Source of the DNA: Nitrosopumilus sp. | GTDB lineage: Archaea > Thermoproteota > Nitrososphaeria > Nitrososphaerales > Nitrosopumilaceae | Reading direction: 5' to 3' | Length of the DNA: 64,000 nucleotides | Assembly: GCA_965218695.1 (NCBI GenBank) | Contig: OZ244651.1 | Span: 1,472,001-1,536,000, forward strand | Shown here: positions 34,529 through 44,670 of the stretch, piece by piece | Numbering within the stretch: the first letter of the stretch is position 1 | Layout: each line of letters begins with the position of its first letter | The notes under the pieces: generated by a model | The model's input: the letters and a program-made list of their open reading frames with translations, nothing else | What the model was told of the DNA's origin: nothing | The model's database searches: none | Translations under genes and position numbers: made by a program

Positions 34529-35207
34529 AGTTCAATTCCGCATCAGCTATTTCAAACCTTCCTCGGTACCCATCCCATATCTTTTGTGCATGGTTGATTC
34601 GGACTGGGTGTGAGAACAGCGGACAGTCCGTCACAAACGTCTCTGCCTCTCCCCCCTCAAAGTTCATGTTGAAGCCAAACCGCTTGGAGAGATCCGCCAA
34701 GAGTGCAATGTCGGGGCCGGATATGGTCCTGCCCAGCCAGTCGTCATCCAGTCCGTCAGATGAGACTGCAGTTATGATAAAGACTAGGTCTGAATCCAGC
34801 AGATCCCGCATGTATCTCTCCGGGGGAATTCCCCATACGGGCGAGACAAGACTCAGATTGTGATTCCTGCAGAGTGACTCAAACTTCTCCCTTTGAAACC
34901 TGCTCATTATCCCCCCATGGACCACCCCCTGTATGCCAAACATCGCCTTGGCATCCTCCAAAAGTCCTCCCAGCGCCTCCACCTCCGCATCCGTCTGGAC
35001 AGACGCGGAGCGGGCACACATCTGCGGCATATTCATGGACTCTGCCTGCAGCCGCGTCCACGACAGGCTGGGATGGTGCAGCAGATGGCTGTCTTCGGAT
35101 TCCGGAAGAACGGTCAGCAGGCATGCCACGTCATGCCCCTGTCTTCGCGCCAGGTGTATGGCGTAGACGCTGTCCTTTCCTCCGGTGAACAGGGATGCCA
35201 GTTTCAT
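34518..35207 (-). CDS. dph6: diphthine-ammonia ligase
   Basis: LFTGGKDS PP-loop, EGGEAETFV.DCPLF. Confidence 0.9.
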   Translation of the reverse strand: MKLASLFTGGKDSVYAIHLARRQGHDVACLLTVLPESEDSHLLHHPSLSWTRLQAESMNMPQMCARSASVQTDAEVEALGGLLEDAKAMFGIQGVVHGGIMSRFQREKFESLCRNHNLSLVSPVWGIPPERYMRDLLDSDLVFIITAVSSDGLDDDWLGRTISGPDIALLADLSKRFGFNMNFEGGEAETFVTDCPLFSHPVRINHAQKIWDGYRGRFEIADAELNYDA

Positions 35208-35301
35208 GATCCCAGAATCATCCCGTATTGAATGGGTACCTCATCACTCATAATCCTCATCAACACTCAGATGGCTTTTCCGCTCATCATCAGCACCCGT
35301 T

Positions 35302-35712
35302 CTAGTTCTTGATGCGCATGATTTTAGTCTTGTCCATTACAACCCAGTACTCTACATTCTGGCCGTTGTCCAGGTTCCCCCGTACGTCGGCATCCACCAA
35401 GGTCACGTCGATGGTCTCAAAGGTCTCAGAGTCCATCACCTGCACAATATCGCCGTTAATCGAGATTATCTGGCCCAGCCTCTTGTTGATCATCGGGACG
35501 TGTATCTGCATGCTGACGGGGCCCACATGGGGTCGCTTCTGTCCGTCAAATATGCCCTCCCCTACAATCCGGGCCTTGGCCGCGCCGTGCTTGCCGGGTT
35601 TTGACGTGTCATACTCGACTATTCTGCATGGTTCCCCGCTTGGCTGATCAGAGTGCGGCAACAGTATGTAGGATCCAATCTTCAGGGAGCCTAGATCAGA
35701 AGGCTTACTCAT
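35302..35712 (-). CDS. eif5a: translation factor aIF-5A
   Basis: SKPGKHGAAK hypusine motif. Confidence 0.97.
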   Translation of the reverse strand: MSKPSDLGSLKIGSYILLPHSDQPSGEPCRIVEYDTSKPGKHGAAKARIVGEGIFDGQKRPHVGPVSMQIHVPMINKRLGQIISINGDIVQVMDSETFETIDVTLVDADVRGNLDNGQNVEYWVVMDKTKIMRIKN

Positions 35713-35747
35713 AAAGAGAACAGCTTTGAGTCGAATATTTAACCTTT

Positions 35748-36362
35748 CTACTTTAGCTGCTCAAGGATCGAGAGGCTCATCATGTTGGTCATCAGTACCC
35801 CCTTCCTGTTGGCATCCCTTCTCGTATGCTCGCAGTACTTTTTGAGGCTCTGATGGCTCTTCTCGCTTGCAACCTCGACTACCACTATATTTTCAGAGTA
35901 TGGAAACGTAAACTTTGACGGAACCAAACAGAACGTCTCCATGCTTCCAAGCGCGGCCGACGTGATCTTCTCCCTCTTGAGCAGAATGTTTGCGATGTCC
36001 TGAAGGCCGTCATAATCCTGGCCGTACTCCAGGTAGTAGACTGAGATAAAGCCTGTGTCGCCTTCGACATCCCTCTGAAAGAGATCCTCATTGACATGGA
36101 ATACAAACGATGTCTTGTCCTGGTTGTGTCTTGTCAGATCGATTGAGATCTGCATGCTGTCCTTGAATTTGGCCAAAAGGTAGTGATTGGTCGAATCAGA
36201 AAAGTATGGCTTGCTTTCGTTGGAGAATGTGGATGTGGCAAAGAACAGTTTTTCGATGTTTGCCGAGTTGATCCACGATTCGCTGAGTTCAGTTGATCGG
36301 CGTGTGTGAAGGTACGGGGCGCAGACATATCCAAAATGGGCCAGTTTTTGTTCAGACGCCAT
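35748..36362 (-). CDS. conserved hypothetical protein
   Basis: 204-aa ORF co-oriented with aIF-5A; start uncertain. Confidence 0.7.
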   Translation of the reverse strand: MASEQKLAHFGYVCAPYLHTRRSTELSESWINSANIEKLFFATSTFSNESKPYFSDSTNHYLLAKFKDSMQISIDLTRHNQDKTSFVFHVNEDLFQRDVEGDTGFISVYYLEYGQDYDGLQDIANILLKREKITSAALGSMETFCLVPSKFTFPYSENIVVVEVASEKSHQSLKKYCEHTRRDANRKGVLMTNMMSLSILEQLK

Positions 36363-36746
36363 ATAATTTGGGAATTTTGAAGATATTTATGCTTATTCGT
36401 AGAGTGATGAATACGCACAAAAGCAGACACAGGCCGTATCGGCCTGCCTTTTTCCGAGGCTCCGGCAGCCTTCATGGACGTGATTCCCATCAGAACCCCT
36501 TTCATGGCAGGGTGCAGCCGCCCGAATACCTGCATCCTTTGACGGCATCTCCTAGAGCCATGCACTCCGGAGGATGCTGCTCAGGCCGGAGCGTGTCGGG
36601 GGCAGTGAGTCTCTGCATCTCCTCCGAATCCGCATGCAGCCATGCCTGCGCGTACCAGACGAGGGCAACCATGGCATACGTCGCGGCGGCGGATTCTGTC
36701 AGTTCGGGACTTTTGGTGTAGACGAAGGCAGTTGTAGTAGAGTAGT

Positions 36747-38038
36747 CAGTCTTCCCAGAAGTACCTGAAAACAGCCCAAAATCAAAACAGATCAATTAGG
36801 GCAATCTCAGAAGGTCATCGAACTACCAATGAACCAACTGAGACGCGACTTGCTTAACAACCCACGCATATATCAAGATGTTCTGGACACGGTAGGGGCA
36901 GGCATGTCCCCGTGCATCATGGTCTCACACAGGCACAATGCCATCTACGGCACCGAGGATTTTCACAGAAGCATGGCAGGCGCATGTGCGCACGGCAGGC
37001 AGGTGGCCGGATGCACCAGGTCCTCCAAGAGAATCGGCGGTGCAGACGGGGACTCACGCCCAAGTGATGAGTGGATGCGCGATGCGGCATCCCGGACGCG
37101 TGGCAGCGACGTCTACAAATGCTTTGCCAAGACAGTCGTCCTGCAGCTTGACCAGATGCGCAAGATGAGACTGCTCAAGAAAGACCAGGAGATTGACTTG
37201 GCAATCGACATGCACCTGATACCCAGATACGACAAGAGCTACGGGGCAGAACTGGTGCGCTCAAAGGCCAAGGACGGGACACACGTCTTTGAGAGGTACA
37301 TCACGATACAGTCCACGGTTCAGAACCTTCGCCTCGTGTTAGGCGTCCTGAACATGCCGTCACTTGAGGATACTGCCGATTTCGTGCGTAAAATCATCGG
37401 CTCTGCACGGGACGTGGGGGCCTGCATCGGAATGGCGATGCTGGACAGGGGGTTCTTTACGGCAGACGTAATGGGGACGCTTGGGGACATGGGCATCAAA
37501 TATCTGATACCATGCAAGAATACGGATACTGTGGTGGATGCCATCGCAGAGTTTGCTACAGGCAGGCGCGGCCGCGTCTCCAAATCCGTCATCGTCGGGG
37601 GAGATGGCAGGGAGGTGTCGTATACGATGACCATCACAGAAAGGAAGAAGAGGAAGAAAAGAAAGGACGACGACGAGCTGCTGCCGCACGAGAAATACAT
37701 CGGGTTTGCCACCAACGTCCCCGACGTGGATCCGGACTCGTACGGGAACAGGTGGGGCATAGAGACTGGATACCGGATGATAGAAAACACAAGGGCCAAG
37801 ACGCACAGCAAGAACCCGATGGCGCGACTTTTGTGCTTTGTGTACTCTGTAGCCGTCTTTAACGCTTGGGTAATGGCAAACGCAACGCTGATGCACGTTA
37901 CCGGGATTTATCCCACGGATCCCCCGATCACCCAACAGGATCTCAGGGACATGCTGCTGTTGCTGATCGTATTTGGCTACAAAGAGCCGCCGGAGCCCCC
38001 GCCGCCGGTGCTACCCTGAGCTACTTCTGGGAAGACTG
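36747..38038 (+). mobile_element. ISH3-family (IS4-like) element
   Basis: 17-bp perfect IRs CAGTCTTCCCAGAAGTA / TACTTCTGGGAAGACTG; AGTAGT on both flanks (candidate TSD). Confidence 0.9.
36829..38019 (+). CDS. ISH3-family transposase
   Basis: LAIDMHLIPRY, MLDRGFF, GFATN, RWGIETGY. Confidence 0.92.
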   Translation: MNQLRRDLLNNPRIYQDVLDTVGAGMSPCIMVSHRHNAIYGTEDFHRSMAGACAHGRQVAGCTRSSKRIGGADGDSRPSDEWMRDAASRTRGSDVYKCFAKTVVLQLDQMRKMRLLKKDQEIDLAIDMHLIPRYDKSYGAELVRSKAKDGTHVFERYITIQSTVQNLRLVLGVLNMPSLEDTADFVRKIIGSARDVGACIGMAMLDRGFFTADVMGTLGDMGIKYLIPCKNTDTVVDAIAEFATGRRGRVSKSVIVGGDGREVSYTMTITERKKRKKRKDDDELLPHEKYIGFATNVPDVDPDSYGNRWGIETGYRMIENTRAKTHSKNPMARLLCFVYSVAVFNAWVMANATLMHVTGIYPTDPPITQQDLRDMLLLLIVFGYKEPPEPPPPVLP

Positions 38039-38085
38039 AGTAGTAGTAGATAGTTTTTTAATAGCATTGATTCTTGTAAATTTGT

Positions 38086-38209
38086 CCCAAGCTAGCTCAG
38101 CCTGGTAGAGCTTCCGGCTGTAGTTGTCGGCTTCAGATGGCTGACCAGATAACAGCACATCAGGCATACAGAAACCGGGTTGTCGAAGGTTCAATTCCTT
38201 CGCTTGGGA
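38086..38209 (+). tRNA. tRNA-Tyr(GTA) with 50-nt intron (38124-38173)
   Basis: Acceptor CCCAAGC/GCTTGGG (C1-G72), D arm GCTC/GAGC, anticodon GTA at 38120, T arm GAAGG-TTCAATT-CCTTC; BHB with central CTGT/ACAG helix; TTTTTAATA box upstream. Confidence 0.93.
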
Positions 38210-38344
38210 CTCACATATTTGGAACAACGGGTACACGGCCATCCCACGGAATGCCGTCTCCGGACACAACATGTGGGTGTGCCGGAATATGCATGAAAAT
38301 AATAAAAAGATAGACTGAATTAAGAGATTCTAAAAACTTGTCGC

Positions 38345-38536
38345 CTACTCTGATTTTTTGACTTTTTGTGCTGCAGGTCCTTTTCTGCCTTCGCCCACTT
38401 CAAACTCGACTTTATCGCCTTCGTTGATAAATCCGTCAACGTCTGATTTGTGAACAAACAGATCGTCGCCTGATTCTCTCTCGATAAAACCAAAGCCCTT
38501 AGTACGGTTAAACCACTTTACGGTGCCTTGTTCCAT
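38345..38536 (-). CDS. cspA: cold-shock protein
   Basis: GTVKWFN..KGFGFI, DLFVH (RNP1/RNP2). Confidence 0.96.
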   Translation of the reverse strand: MEQGTVKWFNRTKGFGFIERESGDDLFVHKSDVDGFINEGDKVEFEVGEGRKGPAAQKVKKSE

Positions 38537-38852
38537 TTGACTTAGGAGAAATTCATGCTACATATTAAGTAGCTCATCAGGATCAGATTCAAGTCCGATA
38601 CAGGCACAAACGTGCGGAATTATGTGGGCATTTACTCCTACCCGGAATTGGGACAGAGGTATCTACGGGCCAGACGGTGACTTCTGATTGCCGGTTAGTG
38701 GAGCGGCAGGCAGGTACCCTGGCCAAACCCGAAAGGATTTCCATGATGCATGCATGCATGCAGTCTTCCTTGGTGGTTTTGAGACTACATGCCCTGGCCC
38801 ACCTACTGTTCCCCAATGGGATGTCTTCAGGCGCATCCTGTTTTGGGATGCA

Positions 38853-39164
38853 TCAAAAGTCCTTGGGGATGTGGTTGTTTGCCTTCAGCCACTCCACCTG
38901 CGGGAGCGTGAACCTCCAGACGATGTCACCCTTCTCAGCCTCGTTAAAGTCCCAAGGCGCTATGATCACAATGTCGTTGTCCCTTATCCAGACCCGCCTC
39001 TTGAGCTTGCCCCTTATCCTGCCCCGGCGGGTGATATTGTCAGTACACTTGATAAGAACATTCTCTCCTCCAAGCATCTTCAAAACCCTTCCAAACATCT
39101 CCCCTTCCTCGGGAAGACGAATCTCCTTTAAAGCACTCTCGCTCTTGACCTGTCGCTTGCCCAT
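38853..39164 (-). CDS. eif1a: translation initiation factor aIF-1A
   Basis: RLPEEGE, RIRGKLKRRVWI, KGDIVWR. Confidence 0.95.
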   Translation of the reverse strand: MGKRQVKSESALKEIRLPEEGEMFGRVLKMLGGENVLIKCTDNITRRGRIRGKLKRRVWIRDNDIVIIAPWDFNEAEKGDIVWRFTLPQVEWLKANNHIPKDF

Positions 39165-39256
39165 GACATTTAACAGGGCAGTAAGCATATAACTTGTGGC
39201 ATTCCGGCGTGGCCTGCATGCAAGGGGTTTTATTTCGTCATCCGAATGACTGACTT

Positions 39257-39817
39257 GTGGAATTCAGATGCGTGCAGGAGTGCTCGCAGTGCTGTATCGA
39301 AAGGGAGTACTATCCAAGCAGAAGGTTTGGAAAGATAGGCGTCCTGATACTCCCAGAAGAGAAGGAGAGAATCCAGAGCCTGGCAGCGGAGATGGGTATT
39401 AAAGTCAGCATTCTGCCAAGAATCGGAATATCAAACACGGATGATCCGGCGACGATAGAGGTTCTGGCATACCAGATGATGGGAAGGCACGATGACGGCA
39501 ACATGTGCCCGTTTCTGGATACGGAGAGCGGGGCAAAGTCGCCTCACATGGGACACCCGTGCAGGATTTACGCCCGCAGGCCGCTTGCATGCATGGCCTA
39601 CCCGCTAAACGAACCGGACCCCATAACACTTGATGAAAAGTGCAAGTTCTGCAAGGAGCACGGAGACGCGGATCAGAACCTGGAATCCGAGATGGAGGCG
39701 CTCCTGAAGATAAGGAGCGGCATGGAGACGCGTGCGCCGTTTGTCTGGCGGTTTGCCACAGGAGTCGGGGAGCCAGATGTAGAGATCCTGAAGCAGGGCT
39801 GGATCATGGAGGGATGA
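39257..39817 (+). CDS. YkgJ-family cysteine-cluster protein
   Basis: FRC..CSQCC, CPFL, CRIYARRPLACMAYP. Confidence 0.9.
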   Translation: MEFRCVQECSQCCIEREYYPSRRFGKIGVLILPEEKERIQSLAAEMGIKVSILPRIGISNTDDPATIEVLAYQMMGRHDDGNMCPFLDTESGAKSPHMGHPCRIYARRPLACMAYPLNEPDPITLDEKCKFCKEHGDADQNLESEMEALLKIRSGMETRAPFVWRFATGVGEPDVEILKQGWIMEG

Positions 39818-39981
39818 CGGCTGGTTGCTGTATGGGCAGCAGGCGCCTGCTACCGGCAGACAGATGCCCACGCCATGCAGATATGTGCATGTGTCGCAGG
39901 TCGGGCTTGTTCATGGCCTGAAACCTGTCCAGTCATTATGATGCGTGCCTTGCGCCACGCCACGCCACCTGCCGTGCAGTC

Positions 39982-41040
39982 TCAGGATGCAGGATTGATT
40001 ACGGCACGGCCGATGATGTTTCGGGCCTTGAGGTCATTCATTGCATTGTTGACATCGTCAAGGGAGTACCGCTTAGAGATGACAGGATTGATTACCCCCT
40101 TTCTTGCAAGATCAAGGAGTTCCACCATGTCGTTGTAGCTCCCAGTGTATGCCCCCTGGATGGTGATTGATTTTAGCGGAATCGTCACAAGGGACAGCTC
40201 GATGGAGCCGCCAAACAGCCCAACCAGGACAAGGTTGCCCCTCTTGCGCAACACAGACAGGGACATCTTTACGGTGGAAGGGGCGTTGACAAAATCAACG
40301 ACGCCGTCTGCACCCTTTTCATTGCATATTGAGATGATCTCCTTGGAGACGTCCGTATTCTTGGAGTTCAGGGTGTAGTCTGCGCCTAGCTTCCTGGCCA
40401 GTTCCAGTTTCTGATCGCCATAATCGACACATATGATCTTGGCATCGGTGATGGCCTTTGCGATCTGCACCCCCATCAGCCCGAGCCCGCCTATTCCAAC
40501 AAGCACCAGAAACTCGAGGGGTTTCTGACTCACCTTCTTTATGGCAGTGTATGCCGTAAGTGCAGAACATGCAATGGAGGTTGCAGAATCAGGATCAACG
40601 CCGTCAAGCTTTGCAAGGTACTTGTAGTCTGAAACCAGAACATGGTCAGAGTATCCCCCATCTTGAAACACCCCCATGGATCTTGGCGCATCGCACAGAT
40701 TTTCATTGCCGGCAAGACACGCAGGGCACTGCAGGCACCCCATCCATGGAAATACCAGAACCAGATCCCCGTTTGATACGCCGGAGACGTCACTGCCCAC
40801 GGCATCAACTGTTCCGACTATCTCATGACCCGGCGTTACAGGATACTTTACGCCCCTGTCAGTAACCTTCATGAACTGACCGTCTCCGAGATCGTATCCC
40901 CCCTCCCACAGGTGCAGGTCGCTGTGGCAGACGCCTACCGACCTGACTTTGAGCAGAACCTGACGGCCTTTGGGCTGCGGAGTCTCGAACTCAGAAAGCG
41001 TGAGAGGCTCCTGGGGAGCCGTAATACGAGCGGATTTCAT
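39982..41040 (-). CDS. adh: zinc-dependent alcohol dehydrogenase
   Basis: GVCHSDLH, GHEIVG, CLQCPAC...C, GIGGLG. Confidence 0.93.
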   Translation of the reverse strand: MKSARITAPQEPLTLSEFETPQPKGRQVLLKVRSVGVCHSDLHLWEGGYDLGDGQFMKVTDRGVKYPVTPGHEIVGTVDAVGSDVSGVSNGDLVLVFPWMGCLQCPACLAGNENLCDAPRSMGVFQDGGYSDHVLVSDYKYLAKLDGVDPDSATSIACSALTAYTAIKKVSQKPLEFLVLVGIGGLGLMGVQIAKAITDAKIICVDYGDQKLELARKLGADYTLNSKNTDVSKEIISICNEKGADGVVDFVNAPSTVKMSLSVLRKRGNLVLVGLFGGSIELSLVTIPLKSITIQGAYTGSYNDMVELLDLARKGVINPVISKRYSLDDVNNAMNDLKARNIIGRAVINPAS

Positions 41041-41134
41041 AGAATTACCTTTTGCAGCAACAATATAAGAGTTGACTGAAGATTGGAAAAAAATAGAGCA
41101 GCTACATATTATTGAGCATCTGCCAACGTATGGT

Positions 41135-41806
41135 GTGAGCAGCCCCGGGATCCCCAACAACATATCACAGGATCCAGTCAACATACTGTTCAGTCCGTCG
41201 TCGGTTGCCAGAAAGGACGTCTGGGAGATCGACCTGATTCAGATACTGGACATGCTGGTAAAGATCCTCGAAAGGACAGGAAGGAAGGACCTGAAGGTTG
41301 CAGGAATGGCCGCCCTGTCCTCATCGCTCATCTACAGGATGAAGGTCGAGAGCATCTTTGCGCTGCAAAAGGCGGCGATGGAAAAAAAGCCCATACGCCA
41401 GAGAACGGATGTGGACATAGAGCTCATAGACATGCCATACAGGCACGAGTCAACCTATCCAGTCTCGCTTGATGATCTGCTGGGCCTGCTCCAGAACCTC
41501 ATCGGCACGATTGCAAATCCGCAGTCAAGGAAGAGGCTGAACGTGGAGCCGGCAGAGCCGCCTGACTTTCAGGAATACTTTATCCCGCTTGAGAGCATTA
41601 TTGAAAAGTACGAGGACATGGTGATGAGGAAGATCGAGCCTGCGGGGTTTGGGATGCTTCAGGAGATCATTGCAGACCTTGACGAGATTGATTCCATCAG
41701 ATGCTTCTTTGCCATACTGTTTCTGGCAAGGGACAGAAAGGCGGACCTGGAACAGGTGGGGGACGACATCAAGATTATGGCGATAAGGAGGGAGGCTGCG
41801 GGCTGA
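41135..41806 (+). CDS. scpA: kleisin ScpA
   Basis: DVWEIDL, C-terminal FFAILFLA...LEQ...DI; adjacent to scpB; start uncertain. Confidence 0.87.
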   Translation: MSSPGIPNNISQDPVNILFSPSSVARKDVWEIDLIQILDMLVKILERTGRKDLKVAGMAALSSSLIYRMKVESIFALQKAAMEKKPIRQRTDVDIELIDMPYRHESTYPVSLDDLLGLLQNLIGTIANPQSRKRLNVEPAEPPDFQEYFIPLESIIEKYEDMVMRKIEPAGFGMLQEIIADLDEIDSIRCFFAILFLARDRKADLEQVGDDIKIMAIRREAAG

Positions 41807-41839
41807 CGGCATGCGGGTTCCAAAGGGGCAGGATAAGAA

Positions 41840-42409
41840 TTGGTAAGGGTTGAGGATGCAGGCACGGCCACGGCAAGGATAGAGGCGGCCCTGTACTCTG
41901 CAGGAAGGCCCTTGAAGGTGGAGGAGATCGTCAGGGCATCAGGCACGGAGTCCAAGATAAAAACGCTGGATCTGCTAGGCAAGATCATGAAAAAGACAAG
42001 GACCGCGTTCAAGGCGCTTGAGATAGTCATGCTTCCTGACGGATCATACGTGTTTCAGCTAAAACCCGAATACAGCTCCACCGTAAAGAGATATGCATCG
42101 AAGCCCATCCTTCCGAATGCCACCCTAAAGACGCTGTCATACATTGCCTACAGCCAGCCGATCTCATCCAAGCAGCTGACAGAGACGAGGGGGACCGGGG
42201 TGTATGCGCACCTCAAGGAACTGCGGCAGCTGAATTTTGTCGACAGCCAGAAGGTCGGCAGGCTGAGAATCTATACGACATCGATAAAGTTCCAGAAATA
42301 CTTTGGGATTCAGGGTGATGTTGAGAGCCTAAAGCAGCGGCTCTTCTCCAAGATAAAAAATCCGGCAGACATGGTACAGACGAAACCTGCCGAGATCTCC
42401 CAGAAGTAG
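41840..42409 (+). CDS. scpB: SMC-Scp complex subunit ScpB
   Basis: IEAALYSAG.PL, LKTLSYIAYSQPI, RG, YTTS.KFQKYFG. Confidence 0.93.
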   Translation: MVRVEDAGTATARIEAALYSAGRPLKVEEIVRASGTESKIKTLDLLGKIMKKTRTAFKALEIVMLPDGSYVFQLKPEYSSTVKRYASKPILPNATLKTLSYIAYSQPISSKQLTETRGTGVYAHLKELRQLNFVDSQKVGRLRIYTTSIKFQKYFGIQGDVESLKQRLFSKIKNPADMVQTKPAEISQK

Positions 42410-42410
42410 G

Positions 42411-42462
42411 CTTTCTCTCTCCTCCCTCCCTCCATCCCTCCCCCCTTCTCCCCCGTCTGCCC
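42411..42462. repeat. polypyrimidine/polypurine tract with G-quadruplex potential (minus strand)
   Basis: CTTTCTCTCTCCTCCCTCCCTCCATCCCTCCCCCCTTCTCCCCC, with at least five C3+ runs. Confidence 0.6.
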
Positions 42463-42601
42463 AAGACATGCCATGTCCCTGAATCCTGCCGGGAGTCTTT
42501 GGATGCGAAATGGCCGTTGCCTGATGTTCATCCTCGTGCATGCACCAGTCGGCAGATTCGCCTGCGTTTTGTATAAATTAGAGTGACTGGAATGTGCAAT
42601 C

Positions 42602-42985
42602 GTGAGAAAGTCAGTAGAGAACCTAGCAACCAGCAAGACCACGGGCGGCAGAAGGCATCCGCTCCGAATCAGGAGAAAGTACGAGATAGACAGGTATCCA
42701 AACGAGGCAGTCAACGGGGCTCAGGTAACGATAACGCGAAGGGTTCGCGGAAACAACAGAAAGACGGCCCTAAAGTCAATCGACTTTGTCAATCTGGCAA
42801 CAGGCGATGCCAAGGTGATAAAGACAAAGATTCTCAAGGTCCTGGACAATTCCACTAACAATGATTACAAGAGAAGGGGCATCATTACAAAGGGTGCCGT
42901 ATTAGAGACGCTGGAAGGCAGATGCAGGGTGGTCTCCAAGCCGGGCCAGAACGGCATGGTCAATGCGGTTTTGATGAAGGAATAA
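42602..42985 (+). CDS. rps8e: 30S ribosomal protein S8e
   Basis: KTTGGR, RVRGNN.K, RRGIITKGA, SKPGQNG.VNAVL. Confidence 0.96.
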   Translation: MRKSVENLATSKTTGGRRHPLRIRRKYEIDRYPNEAVNGAQVTITRRVRGNNRKTALKSIDFVNLATGDAKVIKTKILKVLDNSTNNDYKRRGIITKGAVLETLEGRCRVVSKPGQNGMVNAVLMKE

Positions 42986-42986
42986 G

Positions 42987-43289
42987 ATGAAGAGTTACGA
43001 GCACGTCGTAGTGTGGTTGGATTATTTTAACAAGAACTTCAAGAGATCAAGGGGGAGAAAGATGGGGCTGGACAAGTGCGTGTTTGATCCCTCGCTGAAG
43101 GAGCTGATGGATGCGGCAACATCTGCGGGGTTCGAGATAACAGAGCAAAACGAGAGGGCAAGGTTTCCCAGAAGGCCGTTTGTCAGATCAGGGTATGTGG
43201 TGGTGCCAAAGCAGTCTGCTGCCAAGACAGTAATTCTTGACAAGATTGCAAAAAAAATGATCGCCAAAAGAGCCAAACGTTCAAAATAA
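42987..43289 (+). CDS. srp19: signal recognition particle protein SRP19
   Basis: VWLDYF...RSRGRK, P...EL..AA, FPR...GYVVV. Confidence 0.9.
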   Translation: MKSYEHVVVWLDYFNKNFKRSRGRKMGLDKCVFDPSLKELMDAATSAGFEITEQNERARFPRRPFVRSGYVVVPKQSAAKTVILDKIAKKMIAKRAKRSK

Positions 43290-43362
43290 TTCAGATCTAG
43301 CTTTTTGCTAAAAAAAAGCTGATCGAGTCATCTGATAAGACAGTAGTGGTTAATCTCTTAAA

Positions 43363-43626
43363 TTGCAGGAGATAGGCGAGGTATTGCACTTGGCCGGAAG
43401 CGGCAGGGTGATCATCCAGCTCACAGAGAGGGTTTCTGAAGGACAGATACTCTGCGACAGGAACGGAACCAAGGTTGCAAAGGTAATGGAGATGATTGGT
43501 CCCGTGGACAAACCACTTGCATCTGCAACCCCGCTGACAAACAACATCAAAAAGTACAACGGCAGGAGCGTCTATGCACCAGCCATATCCCCTGACAATA
43601 CGCAAAACAGGAGAAAAAGAAGATGA
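43363..43626 (+). CDS. gar1: H/ACA RNP protein Gar1
   Basis: IGEVLH..SG, KVMEMIGPVDKP; upstream of tfb. Confidence 0.85.
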   Translation: MQEIGEVLHLAGSGRVIIQLTERVSEGQILCDRNGTKVAKVMEMIGPVDKPLASATPLTNNIKKYNGRSVYAPAISPDNTQNRRKRR

Positions 43627-44579
43627 ACATACTGGAAAAACAAAATTGTCCCGAATGCCAGTCGGCATTAGTTGACGACATGCAAAACGGCGAGATAATC
43701 TGTTCAGGTTGCGGCGTGGTAGTCGACGATCAGATTGCAGATTATGGGCCAGAGACAGTCAGTGCGAATCTGGAAGACAAGATGAGGCTTGCAAGGGCCA
43801 CAGGTCAGACAACGTACTCCCAGCACGATCTCGGGATATCAACTGCCATCTCGATCAGTCCAAAGGACTTTAGCGGCAAGTCAATCGACTACAAGGTCGC
43901 ATCCCAGATGCACACCCTTAGAAAATGGCAGCAGAGGGTAAGGGTATCGTCGCCCAGAGAGAGGAGGCTTGCAAACGTCCTGACCAAGATGAACGAGATC
44001 TGCGACAGCATCAACCTTCCAAAGAATGTGCTGGAGACGGCCTCGATGATCTACAGGAACATGGACGGGCGCATAGAGGTAAAGGGCAAGTCGATAATCA
44101 GCATCTCGGCTGCCACCATCTACATGGCATGCAAGCAGTGTGACGTGGTACGATCGCTTGAGGAGATCTGCAGAGGGATATGCACCCCAAAGGAGGTCAA
44201 ATCAAAGACAAAGCTTGCAGCAAGGTACTACAGGACCATGGTGATGGAGATGGGACAGGTGACGGCCCCGGTCGTATCCATGGACAAGTACATCTCAAAG
44301 ATAGCCAACATGACGCGAACCGAGGTAAGGGTTGTGAGGCTTGCGCTGGAGATCTCAGAGAAGGCCAGGAACAGCAGCATCACAGACGGAAAGGATCCAA
44401 ACGGAATCGCCGCAGCATATCTGTATGTGTCCTCAGTACTGCTTGGACAGAACATACTTCAAAAGGATGTCTCGACCATTGCAGGGGTTACAGAAGTCAC
44501 CATCAGGAACAGGTGCAAGGAGATTCTTACAAACCACAAATTCAGGATCTCCCTGAGGCCATCGCTGACAAAATGCTGA
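43623..44579 (+). CDS. tfb: transcription factor B
   Basis: CPEC...GEIICSGCGVV zinc ribbon, LRKWQ.R, GKDP.GIAAA, VTEVTIRNR. Confidence 0.96.
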   Translation: MNILEKQNCPECQSALVDDMQNGEIICSGCGVVVDDQIADYGPETVSANLEDKMRLARATGQTTYSQHDLGISTAISISPKDFSGKSIDYKVASQMHTLRKWQQRVRVSSPRERRLANVLTKMNEICDSINLPKNVLETASMIYRNMDGRIEVKGKSIISISAATIYMACKQCDVVRSLEEICRGICTPKEVKSKTKLAARYYRTMVMEMGQVTAPVVSMDKYISKIANMTRTEVRVVRLALEISEKARNSSITDGKDPNGIAAAYLYVSSVLLGQNILQKDVSTIAGVTEVTIRNRCKEILTNHKFRISLRPSLTKC

Positions 44580-44670
44580 CACTCACTCGCTCACCCACCA
44601 CCCCCTTTTTTCTCGTTAGGATCAGCTAAATTTCGTCTGTATTATATATAGATGCAAAACAACGCCGGAT

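Noticed and set aside
36400-36740. ORFs left of the ISH3 element (36502-36795 and others)
   Set aside because: No recognisable motif, and the ORF start lies inside the IS end.
42410-42590. SRP RNA near srp19/rps8e
   Set aside because: The spacer is too short and lacks recognisable helix 6/8 motifs.
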